Below, piece by piece: positions 46,811-55,591 of a stretch of DNA of 59,393 nucleotides (its first letter is position 1; each line of letters begins with the position of its first letter). Below the pieces are notes generated by a model. It did no database searches. It saw nothing but the letters and a program-made list of their open reading frames with translations, and was not told the DNA's origin. The stretch covers positions 1 to 59,393 of the forward strand of contig CAJQNJ010000133.1 of the NCBI GenBank assembly GCA_905479685.1, given 5' to 3'. Source of the DNA: an uncultured Acidimicrobiales bacterium (GTDB lineage Bacteria > Actinomycetota > Acidimicrobiia > Acidimicrobiales > SHLQ01). Position numbers and translations under genes: made by a program.

Positions 46811-48157
46811 GTGGTGACTCCGTCAGAGTTCCCGACCCGCGTGATCGACTTCGTGTTGAACGCACGCTTCGAGGATCTGCCTGACCACGTTGTCAGATTC
46901 GCACAGCGGTGCCTGCTCGACCTCCTCGGCGTGGCTGCGGCGGGGCGGACGACGGAGTTGTCGTCGATCATCTCCCAACATGCGACATCTCATTTTGGTG
47001 GCGGTCTGAAGTCGGCTCCGATCCTTTTCGACGGCCGGCTGGTGAGTCCTGTGGGTGCAGCGCTCGCGAACGGTATGACGATCGATTCGATCGACGCACA
47101 TGATGGCCACAAGATCACCAAGGGACATACCGGCTGTCATCAGCTGCCTGCTCTGATGGCTTTCAGCGCAGCAGAGCATCGGGATGATCCCCGCACCTTT
47201 CTTGCCGATCTGGTCGTCGGGTACGAGTTCGCGACACGGGTTGGTATCGCGTTGCACGCAACAGTGCCCGACTACCACACGTCGGGAGCCTGGGGCGCCG
47301 TCGGCTGCGCAGCACTCGGTGCGCGGATTCTGGGCCTCGATCCCGCTCCGACCTTCGAGGCGATGGGGATCGCCGAGTACCACGGCCCACGCAGCCAGAT
47401 GATGCGTGTGATCGATCATCCAACGATGCTCAAGGACGGCTCGGGCTGGGGCGCAATGGCAGGTGTGTCCGCTGCCTATCTCGCGGCCGAGGGCTTCACC
47501 GGATCTCCTGCTGTCACGGTGAACGACCCCGAGATCGCTTGGGTGTGGGACGACATCGGTGCCCGGTGGCTCATCGAAGATCAGTACTTCAAGCCCCACC
47601 CGGTCTGTCGGTGGGCCCAACCTGCGGTGGAGGCTGCGCTCAGTCTGTGTCGGACTCATTCGATCGGCCCGGCCGATGTCGAACGTGTCGAGGTGTCGAC
47701 GTTCCACGAGGCTGTGAGGCTGGCCACGTCGCTTCCGGAAACGACCGAGGAGGCGCAGTACAGCCTGCCCTTTCCGGTGGCTGCGGCGATCGTCCGCGGT
47801 CGTCTCGGCCCGCTCGAGATCGGTGCGGCAGCGCTGGCAGATGACCAGATTCGAGCGATCTCGACTCGAGTGTCGATCGTCGAGGACGTGACCCACAACT
47901 CGGCGTTTCCGCAACATCGGTTCGCGCGCGTTGCCATCCGACTCACCGATGGGCGAACGGTTGTTTCGGACGACACCGAACCTCGAGGTGACCCTGAGGC
48001 CCATCTGAGCGATCGGGAGATTCGTGACAAGTTCTCCGAGTTCGCGACGCCGGTGTTGGGCGCCGAGCGCACCTCGGCCATCGAGGAGGCGGTGGACCAG
48101 CTTCCCGAGGCGAACTCCCTGACCACTCTGCTCGATCTCATCGTCGCACCGCTCTAG
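46811..48157 (+). CDS. MmgE/PrpD family protein
   Basis: RCLLDLLG, AALANG, DAHDGH, VVGYE, GAWG, YFKPHPVCRW, AQYSLPF, RGDPE. Confidence 0.9.
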   Translation: MVTPSEFPTRVIDFVLNARFEDLPDHVVRFAQRCLLDLLGVAAAGRTTELSSIISQHATSHFGGGLKSAPILFDGRLVSPVGAALANGMTIDSIDAHDGHKITKGHTGCHQLPALMAFSAAEHRDDPRTFLADLVVGYEFATRVGIALHATVPDYHTSGAWGAVGCAALGARILGLDPAPTFEAMGIAEYHGPRSQMMRVIDHPTMLKDGSGWGAMAGVSAAYLAAEGFTGSPAVTVNDPEIAWVWDDIGARWLIEDQYFKPHPVCRWAQPAVEAALSLCRTHSIGPADVERVEVSTFHEAVRLATSLPETTEEAQYSLPFPVAAAIVRGRLGPLEIGAAALADDQIRAISTRVSIVEDVTHNSAFPQHRFARVAIRLTDGRTVVSDDTEPRGDPEAHLSDREIRDKFSEFATPVLGAERTSAIEEAVDQLPEANSLTTLLDLIVAPL

Positions 48158-48205
48158 AGTCACGCTCCTAGACTCACGTCACCCCCAACTACGAGAGGTC
48201 CCATC

Positions 48206-48676
48206 ATGGACTTTCATGACATCACAATGGAGTCGATCACCGGAGAGTCGGTCGATTTCTCACAGTTCGCTGGTCAGCATCTGCTCATCGTCAACGTCGC
48301 GAGTTTTTGAGGTTCCACGCCGCAGTATGCAGGTCTGCGTACGCTCCACCACGACGTCGACGGATTGAGCGTTCTCGGCTTTCCGTGTAACCAGTTCGGC
48401 AACCAGGAGCCCGGCTCGAACGAAGAGATCCTCGAGTTCGTGACAACGAAGTACGACATCGACTTTCCGATGTTTTCCAAGATCGATGTGAATGGCGATG
48501 GCGCCGCGGATCTGTATTCGATGCTGAAACAGCAGCAACCCGGTGGCGATGACTCAGCCGACATCAAGTGGAACTTCGAGAAGTTCCTCGTCGACGGGGA
48601 CGGTACGGCAGTGGCTCGATGGGGTACCAAAGTCACCCCCGAAGAGATACGAGCCGAACTGCCCGACACCATATAG
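48206..48676 (+). CDS. gpx: Glutathione peroxidase, putative selenoprotein (Sec at codon 35, TGA 48308-48310), 156 aa
   Basis: Reading through TGA gives MDFHDITMESITGESVDFSQFAGQHLLIVNVASF-U-GSTPQYAGL...LGFPCNQFGNQEPG...IKWNFEKFLVD. The TGA occupies the peroxidatic Cys position of NVASxCG. GAGAGG RBS; SECIS-like hairpin follows. Confidence 0.9.
48322..48344 (+). promoter_or_regulatory. Bacterial SECIS-like hairpin
   Basis: GC-a-GUAUGCA-GGUC-UGCGUAC-GC stem-loop; the main stem starts 14 nt after the UGA and the apical loop begins with GG. Confidence 0.8.
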
Positions 48677-48761
48677 TTCGGTCCTCTCGATAGTTCGATC
48701 TTCTCGGAGCCGTAGGAGCCGAGGTCGACGCAACCCGAGTTCTCCGTGGCAAGCTGAAATC

Positions 48762-50219
48762 ATGACGAACGATCAGCTCCTCGACCGCCGAAACTTCTAT
48801 ATCAATGGAGCCTGGGTGGCCCCCACCATCGCCAACGACTTCCTCGTCATCGACCCATCGACAGAGGACGCGTGCGCCGTGATCTCTCTCGGTGACGAGG
48901 CGGACACGAACGCGGCCGTGGCAGCAGCCAAAGCAGCCTTTCCGAGCTGGAGCGTGACAAGCAAGGAGGACCGCATCGCGCTCCTCGAAAAGTTTCTCGA
49001 TGTGTACAAGTCGAGGAGCGACGAGATGGCTCAGGCGATCTCGATGGAGATGGGTGCTCCGATGTCTCTCGCAAGCACCGGACAGGTTGGTGCCGGCGCC
49101 GGACACACCAAGAGCATCATCCGTGCGCTGAAGGCGTTCGAATTCGAACGTCCCCTGGGACCTCATGCACCGGACAACACGATCCTCTACGAACCGATCG
49201 GTGTGGCAGCACTCATCACCCCATGGAATTGGCCTATGAATCAGGTGGCCCTCAAAGTTGTCCCGGCTCTTGGAGTTGGCTGCACGATGGTCCTCAAGCC
49301 GAGCGAGGTCGCACCGCTCAGCTCGGCGTTGTTTGCCGAGATGATGGACGAAGCCGGGTTCCCCCCGGGAGTCTTCAACTTGGTCAACGGCGATGGGCCT
49401 GGTGTGGGATCACAGCTCTCCGGCCACCCCGATGTCGACATGGTGTCCTTCACGGGCTCGACCCGAGCTGGCGTCGCGATCACCAAGAATGCAGCGGACT
49501 CGGTGAAGCGAGTTGCGCTCGAACTCGGCGGCAAAGGCGCCAACATCATTTTCGCCGATGCCGACGAAAAGGCGGTGGTGCGTGGTGTACGACAGTGTTT
49601 CAACAACTCGGGTCAGTCGTGCAACGCGCCGACGCGCATGCTCGTGGAACGATCTCGGTATGACGAGGCTGTTGCTACGGCACAAGAGGTCGCCGAGAAG
49701 ACCGCAGTCGACATCGCTGCCAAAGAGGGTCGTCACATCGGCCCCGTGGTCAGCGAGCTCCAATGGGACAAGATCCAAGCTCTCATCGCCAGGGGCGAAG
49801 AGGAAGGAGCTCGGTTGCTCGCTGGTGGCACCGGTCGACCAGAAGGACTCGACGCCGGCTACTTCGTGAAGCCCACGGTGTTTGCCGATGTCACGCCGGA
49901 CATGACCATCTCTCGCGAAGAAATCTTCGGTCCCGTCTTGTCGATGACTCCCTTCGACACCGAGGAAGAGGCGGTTGCGCTGGCCAACGACACCGCCTAC
50001 GGCCTTGCCAACTACGTGCAGACGACCGATCGCGAACGCGCACGTCGAGTGGCTCGCCAGCTCCGCTCGGGCGTGGTCGAGATGAACGGTTTGCCTCGAG
50101 GCGCGGGCGCTCCCTTCGGTGGCTACGGCCAGTCCGGCAATGGACGCGAAGGCGGCGAGTGGGGCATCGAGGAGTTCCTCGAGGTCAAGGTGGTCAGCGG
50201 GTGGAATTCCGCTGAGTAG
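48762..50219 (+). CDS. NAD(P)-dependent aldehyde dehydrogenase
   Basis: FYINGAW, ITPWNWP, LKPSE, SFTGST, LELGGK, NSGQSC, EEIFGPV, PFGGY. Confidence 0.93.
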   Translation: MTNDQLLDRRNFYINGAWVAPTIANDFLVIDPSTEDACAVISLGDEADTNAAVAAAKAAFPSWSVTSKEDRIALLEKFLDVYKSRSDEMAQAISMEMGAPMSLASTGQVGAGAGHTKSIIRALKAFEFERPLGPHAPDNTILYEPIGVAALITPWNWPMNQVALKVVPALGVGCTMVLKPSEVAPLSSALFAEMMDEAGFPPGVFNLVNGDGPGVGSQLSGHPDVDMVSFTGSTRAGVAITKNAADSVKRVALELGGKGANIIFADADEKAVVRGVRQCFNNSGQSCNAPTRMLVERSRYDEAVATAQEVAEKTAVDIAAKEGRHIGPVVSELQWDKIQALIARGEEEGARLLAGGTGRPEGLDAGYFVKPTVFADVTPDMTISREEIFGPVLSMTPFDTEEEAVALANDTAYGLANYVQTTDRERARRVARQLRSGVVEMNGLPRGAGAPFGGYGQSGNGREGGEWGIEEFLEVKVVSGWNSAE

Positions 50220-50285
50220 CACCGTGCATTCGGTTTGTCGGGGGAATCGCTGGACGATCGTTCAAACCAGTCGTAGCGTTCAGGA

Positions 50286-51215
50286 ATGACACGTGTCGTT
50301 GCCCCCATCGAGCGCGAGCTCCCCGCATTGACACATCCGCAGGGAGCGTTGATCGTCTTTGGGACTGGCATCTTCTTCAGCTTCGGCGGTCTGGCCTTTC
50401 GCTCGGTCGAAGACGTGGGCGCCTGGGAGTATCTGTTCTTTCGTGGCCTCGGGATGTTGTGTGTTGCGGCTGCCGTTCTCGCAGTGCGCTATCGAAAGCG
50501 TTATGACGTACTGATCAGCGGCATCGAACACGGCCATCTCATGGCGGGACTCGTCCTTGGATTGATGAACATCCTGTTCATCGTCTCCTTGTCCTTCGCA
50601 TCGGTGGCCTTCGTGCTCGTACTGCAGACGATGGCGCCGCTTGCCGCGGGATACTTCAGTTGGCTGCTCATGGGAGAACGTCCGAGCTCGTCTGTGCTCG
50701 TGGCGACCGCCATCAGCGTCGTGGGTGTGTTCGTCATGGTGCGAGGTTCAATCCAGAGCGACCTCTCGCCGTATGGTCTGCTCGCTGCGTTGATCCCGCT
50801 CGGGTTTGGCTACTACAGCACACTCATCCGATCGGCCAGAAGGATCGATCCGTCGGTTCCTCTCGTGGTTGCCGGGGTCGCGATCGTCTCATCCGGTGCA
50901 GTGGTGGTGCTGCTCCGAGGTGGGTTTCACGCAACACCACGAGAAGCGGCAATCGGACTCTTCGCTGGCAGCATTCTCTTGGCCCTGCCGCTTGCCGTCT
51001 TCAACATCGCACAACGAGTTGTGCCGTCCCCCGAGGCGTCGATTCTGATCATGAGCGAGATCATCCTTGCTCCAATCTGGGTCTGGGTTTTTGTTGGCGA
51101 GAAGGCATCGGCATCGACTCTGCTCGGCGGCGCGATCATCCTTGCGGCAGTGATCTGGGTGACGCTCAACCGGGTACCGAGACGAGGACGCCGGCCGATC
51201 ACCAGTCGAGGTTGA
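50286..51215 (+). CDS. DMT/EamA family transporter
   Basis: About 10 TM helices, duplicated EamA pattern (LMGER...VGEK), SEIILAPIWVW. Confidence 0.85.
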   Translation: MTRVVAPIERELPALTHPQGALIVFGTGIFFSFGGLAFRSVEDVGAWEYLFFRGLGMLCVAAAVLAVRYRKRYDVLISGIEHGHLMAGLVLGLMNILFIVSLSFASVAFVLVLQTMAPLAAGYFSWLLMGERPSSSVLVATAISVVGVFVMVRGSIQSDLSPYGLLAALIPLGFGYYSTLIRSARRIDPSVPLVVAGVAIVSSGAVVVLLRGGFHATPREAAIGLFAGSILLALPLAVFNIAQRVVPSPEASILIMSEIILAPIWVWVFVGEKASASTLLGGAIILAAVIWVTLNRVPRRGRRPITSRG

Positions 51216-51267
51216 TCGTTCTCGAGGAAATTGTGGGACTCCCGATGGGCGGGTCTATCGTGACGTG

Positions 51268-52092
51268 ATGTCAATCCTGCTGCTGGCGTTCGCCATCTTG
51301 GTGATCTCCCTCATCGGTGGGCTTGCACCACGAGCTTTTGCAGGTCGATTGAGTGGCGAGCAGCTCGAGAGCATGACCGGAATTGCGTCGGGTCTGCTGT
51401 TGGCGTCGGCCCTTCTGGTCGTCATTCCGGAGGGGTTTCACACTGCGGCCGAGACAGCCGAAGACGGAGAAGCGTTCGCCTACGAACCCGCAGTTCTCGG
51501 TCTGACCGTTCTTGCAGGGTTCGTCGCGATGTTGTTGCTCGAGGGTTTTGGTGTCGGCCACGCCGTACACGAGGAACACCATGATCATGCGCGAGGGCAC
51601 GGACATCCGCACGTCCATCATCCGACCTCGATCTCGGTCCTTGCCGCTGGGCTGTCGGTCCACGCGCTTGCTGATGGGCTCGCCATTGGCTCGGCTGCCG
51701 TCGCTGGTGATGCTGCCTTTTCCGTATTGGTGACGATCGCTGTCTTGCTGCACCGGATTCCAGCCGCCTTCAGCCTGGGAATGTTTGCCCTACACACGAC
51801 CGAGGACGCCCCAGCAGCGGTTCGGGGCCTCATCGCCTTTGCGCTCGCAACGCCAATCACGATGGTGGTGTCGTACCTTCTCCTGGACGAAGCTGACGAA
51901 CGACTGATTGCGCTCACGCTGTTATTTTCGGCGGGCACATTTGTCTACGTCGCTACGGTCGACACGCTGCCGGCTGTGCACAATCCAGAGACCGGCCGTC
52001 GATCGGTGCTGAATGTGCTCATCGGAGCTGGACTCTTCACGATGCTCCTCTTCGGTGCTGACGCCGCGGGACTTCTCGACCACGCGCACTGA
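51268..52092 (+). CDS. ZIP family divalent metal transporter
   Basis: IPEG, His-rich loop HAVHEEHHDHARGHGHPHVHH, HALADG, LHRIP, SAGTFVYVA. Confidence 0.88.
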   Translation: MSILLLAFAILVISLIGGLAPRAFAGRLSGEQLESMTGIASGLLLASALLVVIPEGFHTAAETAEDGEAFAYEPAVLGLTVLAGFVAMLLLEGFGVGHAVHEEHHDHARGHGHPHVHHPTSISVLAAGLSVHALADGLAIGSAAVAGDAAFSVLVTIAVLLHRIPAAFSLGMFALHTTEDAPAAVRGLIAFALATPITMVVSYLLLDEADERLIALTLLFSAGTFVYVATVDTLPAVHNPETGRRSVLNVLIGAGLFTMLLFGADAAGLLDHAH

Positions 52093-52102
52093 GCGGCCGC
52101 TG

Positions 52103-53617
52103 CTAGAGACGAGGAAAGCGTGTCCGGGGTCCGACCTCGGACCAGATCATGTGATTACGGACATATTCGTTGGCTGCATCGCGTGTCGGGGCGAAGTCCC
52201 ACGAGGTTCGGGCACCGTGTTCCATGGCGGAATGAAGGGCCCGGCGCGCACGTTGGGAAGCGATCACTGCAGTTCGAATGGAGTCGGAATCCCATCGTGT
52301 GGAGATCTCGGCGGCAAATGCGTCGGCGCGTGAACGTTGTGAGGCCTCCTGTGCGAGGTTGGCCCGCTCGAGCGGATCGTTTTCGATATCGAACAGGAGC
52401 GCTGGGTCGGAGTCGCAGTGAATGTACTTGTACCGTCCACGTCGGATCATGAACATCGGGTGCGACAACATCTCACCCGTGTACTCCCCAAACGTTTCAT
52501 CGACGTCGTCCTGGCCCCCTGTGGCAAGTTCCCACAGGCTTCGCCCCGCCAGGTCGGCGCCCAATTCAGGCCATGGTCCACCGTCGGTGGCGATGTCGAG
52601 CAGCGTTGGGAGGATGTCGAGGTGTGAGTTCACGTTGGTTGCGATTCCCTGGGCGATTCCGGGTCCCGCCATGATCAGCGGCACTCGGGCTGATCGCTCA
52701 TGAAACGACATCTTGAACCATGCGCCTCGATCACCGAGCATGTCTCCGTGATCGCTGGTCACGATGACGACCGTGTTCGACCGTTGCCTTGTTTCCTCGA
52801 GCACTGTGACGAGCTGTCCGATCCAGTCATCGAAGTAGCTGGTGTTCGCGTAGTACCCGTGGCGACTGTTGCGAACCTGTTCATCGGTGTATCCGACCGT
52901 GTCTGCCTGGATGCCATGGCGGATGCGTTTGGTGTGCGGATCGAGGGTTTCGAGATCGGGGACATCGGGCATGTCGATGTCATCGTGGTCGTAGAGGTTC
53001 CACCATTCAGGGCGAGCGACATAGGGATCGTGGGGGTGGATGAACGATGCGACCATGAAGAACGGGCGTTCGTCGATGTCGCGGGCAAAGTCGAAGAGCC
53101 GACGTTTGGCAGCGTGACCAACTTCTTCGTCGTACTCGATCTGGTAGCTCATCGCGGCGTGACCGGCCTCTTTGAGCGTGTCCATACCGTGATACCACTT
53201 GTCGATTCGTTCGCCCGCCGCATCCCAGTTCGGGGTCCACGCGAAGTCGGCCGGGTAGATGTCTGTGGTGAGCCGCTCCTCGAATCCGTGGAGTTGGTCG
53301 GGGCCGACGAAGTGCATCTTGCCCGATAGTGAGGTCCGGTAGCCCGAGGTCCGCAAGTAGTGGGCCAAGGTAGGTACCGACGCGGGAAATTCCGCAGCAT
53401 TGTCCCATGCCCCGATCGCGGAGATGGGCTGCCCTGCCAGGAAGGAGAACCTGGCTGGTGCACACAACGGCGAGTGGCAGTAGCTGGCATCGAAACGCAT
53501 TCCGCGCTCGGCCAGAGCGTCCATCGCCGGCGTCTTCACGAGCCGATGGCCGTACGTTCCGGTGTGATGCGGGGCGAGTTGATCGGCCATGACGAGGAGG
53601 ATGTTGGGCGCGGACAT
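52103..53617 (-). CDS. betC: Choline-sulfatase
   Basis: PNILLVMADQL, formylglycine motif CAPAR, GKMHFVGPDQLHGFEERLTTDIYPADF, HPHDPY, SDHGDMLG, YVRNH. Confidence 0.9.
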   Translation of the reverse strand: MSAPNILLVMADQLAPHHTGTYGHRLVKTPAMDALAERGMRFDASYCHSPLCAPARFSFLAGQPISAIGAWDNAAEFPASVPTLAHYLRTSGYRTSLSGKMHFVGPDQLHGFEERLTTDIYPADFAWTPNWDAAGERIDKWYHGMDTLKEAGHAAMSYQIEYDEEVGHAAKRRLFDFARDIDERPFFMVASFIHPHDPYVARPEWWNLYDHDDIDMPDVPDLETLDPHTKRIRHGIQADTVGYTDEQVRNSRHGYYANTSYFDDWIGQLVTVLEETRQRSNTVVIVTSDHGDMLGDRGAWFKMSFHERSARVPLIMAGPGIAQGIATNVNSHLDILPTLLDIATDGGPWPELGADLAGRSLWELATGGQDDVDETFGEYTGEMLSHPMFMIRRGRYKYIHCDSDPALLFDIENDPLERANLAQEASQRSRADAFAAEISTRWDSDSIRTAVIASQRARRALHSAMEHGARTSWDFAPTRDAANEYVRNHMIWSEVGPRTRFPRL

Positions 53618-53730
53618 ACCCAACACCTACTGCAAGTTGTACAAACGTTCAAACCATGTGCTTGATGGAGACGGCGATGTCATCGATGGACGGTTCGTCG
53701 ACTCCCCCAACCCGTCGATAGCGTCGGTGA

Positions 53731-54633
53731 GTGACCAAACCCGACGAGTCGATCAATTCGCTCGGTGTGTTGGCTGCACTGATCGCGGTCTCGGCCTGGG
53801 GCCTGTCCGGCGTGATCGCCAAGGACATCGACATGGGCAGCCTTGCGATTGGTGCCTATCGATTCGCCGTGTATGGGCTGGTCGTCGGCGCTTTCATGGG
53901 TCTGCGAGGGCATCGCATCGGACTGCATGTCCTGAGGGAATCGATGTGGGGCGGCATTGCGCTGGCGTTGGACGTCGCATTCTTCTTCAGCGCCATCAAG
54001 CTGACGACGATTGCAAACGCGACTGTCATCGGTGCGCTGCAACCAGTGGTCGTCAGCGTTGCGGCGGCCAGGTTCTTCGGTGAACGGATCTACCGCCGAG
54101 ACATCGTCCTCGCCGCGGTTGCCCTGGTCGGCGTGGTTCTCGTGGTGCTTGGGGCAAGCGGTTCGCCCGATTGGAGTCTCACCGGTGACTTGTTGGCTGC
54201 TGGTGCGCTCATTGCCTGGTCGGCCTACTTCATCTTCGCGAAGCGCGCAAAGAGTCGCATCAGCTCGAACGAATACACGGTTGGCGCGGCGTTGTGGACC
54301 GCGGCGATCAATTTGCCGCTCGCACTCGCCTTCGGCCAGAGCCTCGCGTGGCCCTCGCTCAACTCATGGATCGGGCTGCTCGTCCTGGCATTCGGCGCCG
54401 GGATCCTTGGACACTCCTTGATGAACTGGTCGATCCAACAGATCCCGCTTTGGATCAGCTCGACCTTCACGTTGCTGATCCCCGTGGTGTCTGCATCTGC
54501 GGCGTGGATCTTCCTGGACGAGCCACTCACCACACTTCAGGTGTTCGCTATGGGAATCGTGCTGGTTGCCCTCGCTGGCATCGTCGCCCGTCAGTCCGGA
54601 ATCGGCGCTCGGCCCAGGCCGCTTCGACGTTGA
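53731..54633 (+). CDS. DMT/EamA family transporter
   Basis: About 10 TM helices, TTIANAT, FFGER, GDLLA, LDEP. Confidence 0.85.
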   Translation: MTKPDESINSLGVLAALIAVSAWGLSGVIAKDIDMGSLAIGAYRFAVYGLVVGAFMGLRGHRIGLHVLRESMWGGIALALDVAFFFSAIKLTTIANATVIGALQPVVVSVAAARFFGERIYRRDIVLAAVALVGVVLVVLGASGSPDWSLTGDLLAAGALIAWSAYFIFAKRAKSRISSNEYTVGAALWTAAINLPLALAFGQSLAWPSLNSWIGLLVLAFGAGILGHSLMNWSIQQIPLWISSTFTLLIPVVSASAAWIFLDEPLTTLQVFAMGIVLVALAGIVARQSGIGARPRPLRR

Positions 54634-54662
54634 AGATCGGACCGACCGTCTAGCGTGAAGAC

Positions 54663-55577
54663 ATGCCAGCCAAAATCATCGATTGGGGTACGAAAGAACG
54701 TGTGCTGACCGAGTCGGTGAGCGTGCTGCAAGGCGCGATGTTCGGGTCATACCCAAGTGGAAACTCGGTGGTCGTACGCGGACGCGCGGAGACCGTCATC
54801 ATCGACCCCTCGGTGACAGTCGTTGCCGAAGGTGGGGCCCCTGTCAGAGTCGACGCGGTGATCAACTCTCATGCCCACGAGGATCACTTGCCTGGCAATG
54901 GGCTTTTCACGGACGCTCGGGTCCACATTCACGAGGACGACCTCGCGGGGGCGCGGAGCCTCGATGGCCTGCTCGATGTGTTCGGTTTCGATGCCACGAC
55001 CAGGGCCGAGCAGGCAGTCAGCTTTGTCGAGGAATTGCACTACGCGCCGCGCCCCGACGCAGAGGGCTTCACCGATGGCCACGTCTTTGATCTGGGAGGC
55101 ATGTCGGTGACAGCGATGCATCTTCCTGGCCATACTCGTGGTCACAGCGGCTTTCACATCGATGGCGGCGTCTTCTTCTTGTCCGATATCGATCTGACTG
55201 GCTTTGGTCCCTATTACGGCGACGTCTGGTCCGACCTCGAACAGTTCGAGAAGAGCCTGCATGTCGTCCGCGATGTAGAGGCTGAGTTCTACGTGACCTT
55301 TCACCAAAGGGGTGTCATCGAAGGGCGAGCGAGCTTTCTCGAGTTGTTGGACAAGTTCCATGCGGTCATCGGACGCCGCCACGAGGAGATGCTGGTATTC
55401 CTCGCCGAACCCCACTCACTCGACGAGATGGCCGCTCGGCGCTTCGTGTACCGCCCCCATGTCGACATTCCGTTTGTGCACACGGTCGAACGACGTACCG
55501 CAGATCTCCATGTTGCTCGGATGCTGCATCGGGGTGAGGCGGTTGAAGTCGAACCGGGGTTGTTCAAAACCGTGTGA
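54663..55577 (+). CDS. MBL-fold metallo-hydrolase
   Basis: SHAHEDH, PGHTRGH, SDIDL, TFH. Confidence 0.88.
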   Translation: MPAKIIDWGTKERVLTESVSVLQGAMFGSYPSGNSVVVRGRAETVIIDPSVTVVAEGGAPVRVDAVINSHAHEDHLPGNGLFTDARVHIHEDDLAGARSLDGLLDVFGFDATTRAEQAVSFVEELHYAPRPDAEGFTDGHVFDLGGMSVTAMHLPGHTRGHSGFHIDGGVFFLSDIDLTGFGPYYGDVWSDLEQFEKSLHVVRDVEAEFYVTFHQRGVIEGRASFLELLDKFHAVIGRRHEEMLVFLAEPHSLDEMAARRFVYRPHVDIPFVHTVERRTADLHVARMLHRGEAVEVEPGLFKTV

Positions 55578-55591
55578 CCTAGTCTGGCCGG

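Noticed and set aside
46823-48163. Long antisense ORFs (also 29855..31186, 4747..5751, 40479..41552, 55301..56392, 55579..56694 and others)
   Set aside because: They shadow well-supported genes on the opposite strand, lack recognisable motifs, and are expected from high-GC codon bias.
48206-48676. gpx as a nonsense pseudogene, or the 103-aa ORF 48365..48676 as the real gene
   Set aside because: The single stop is TGA exactly at the catalytic Cys, is followed by a SECIS-like hairpin, and both halves are otherwise intact.
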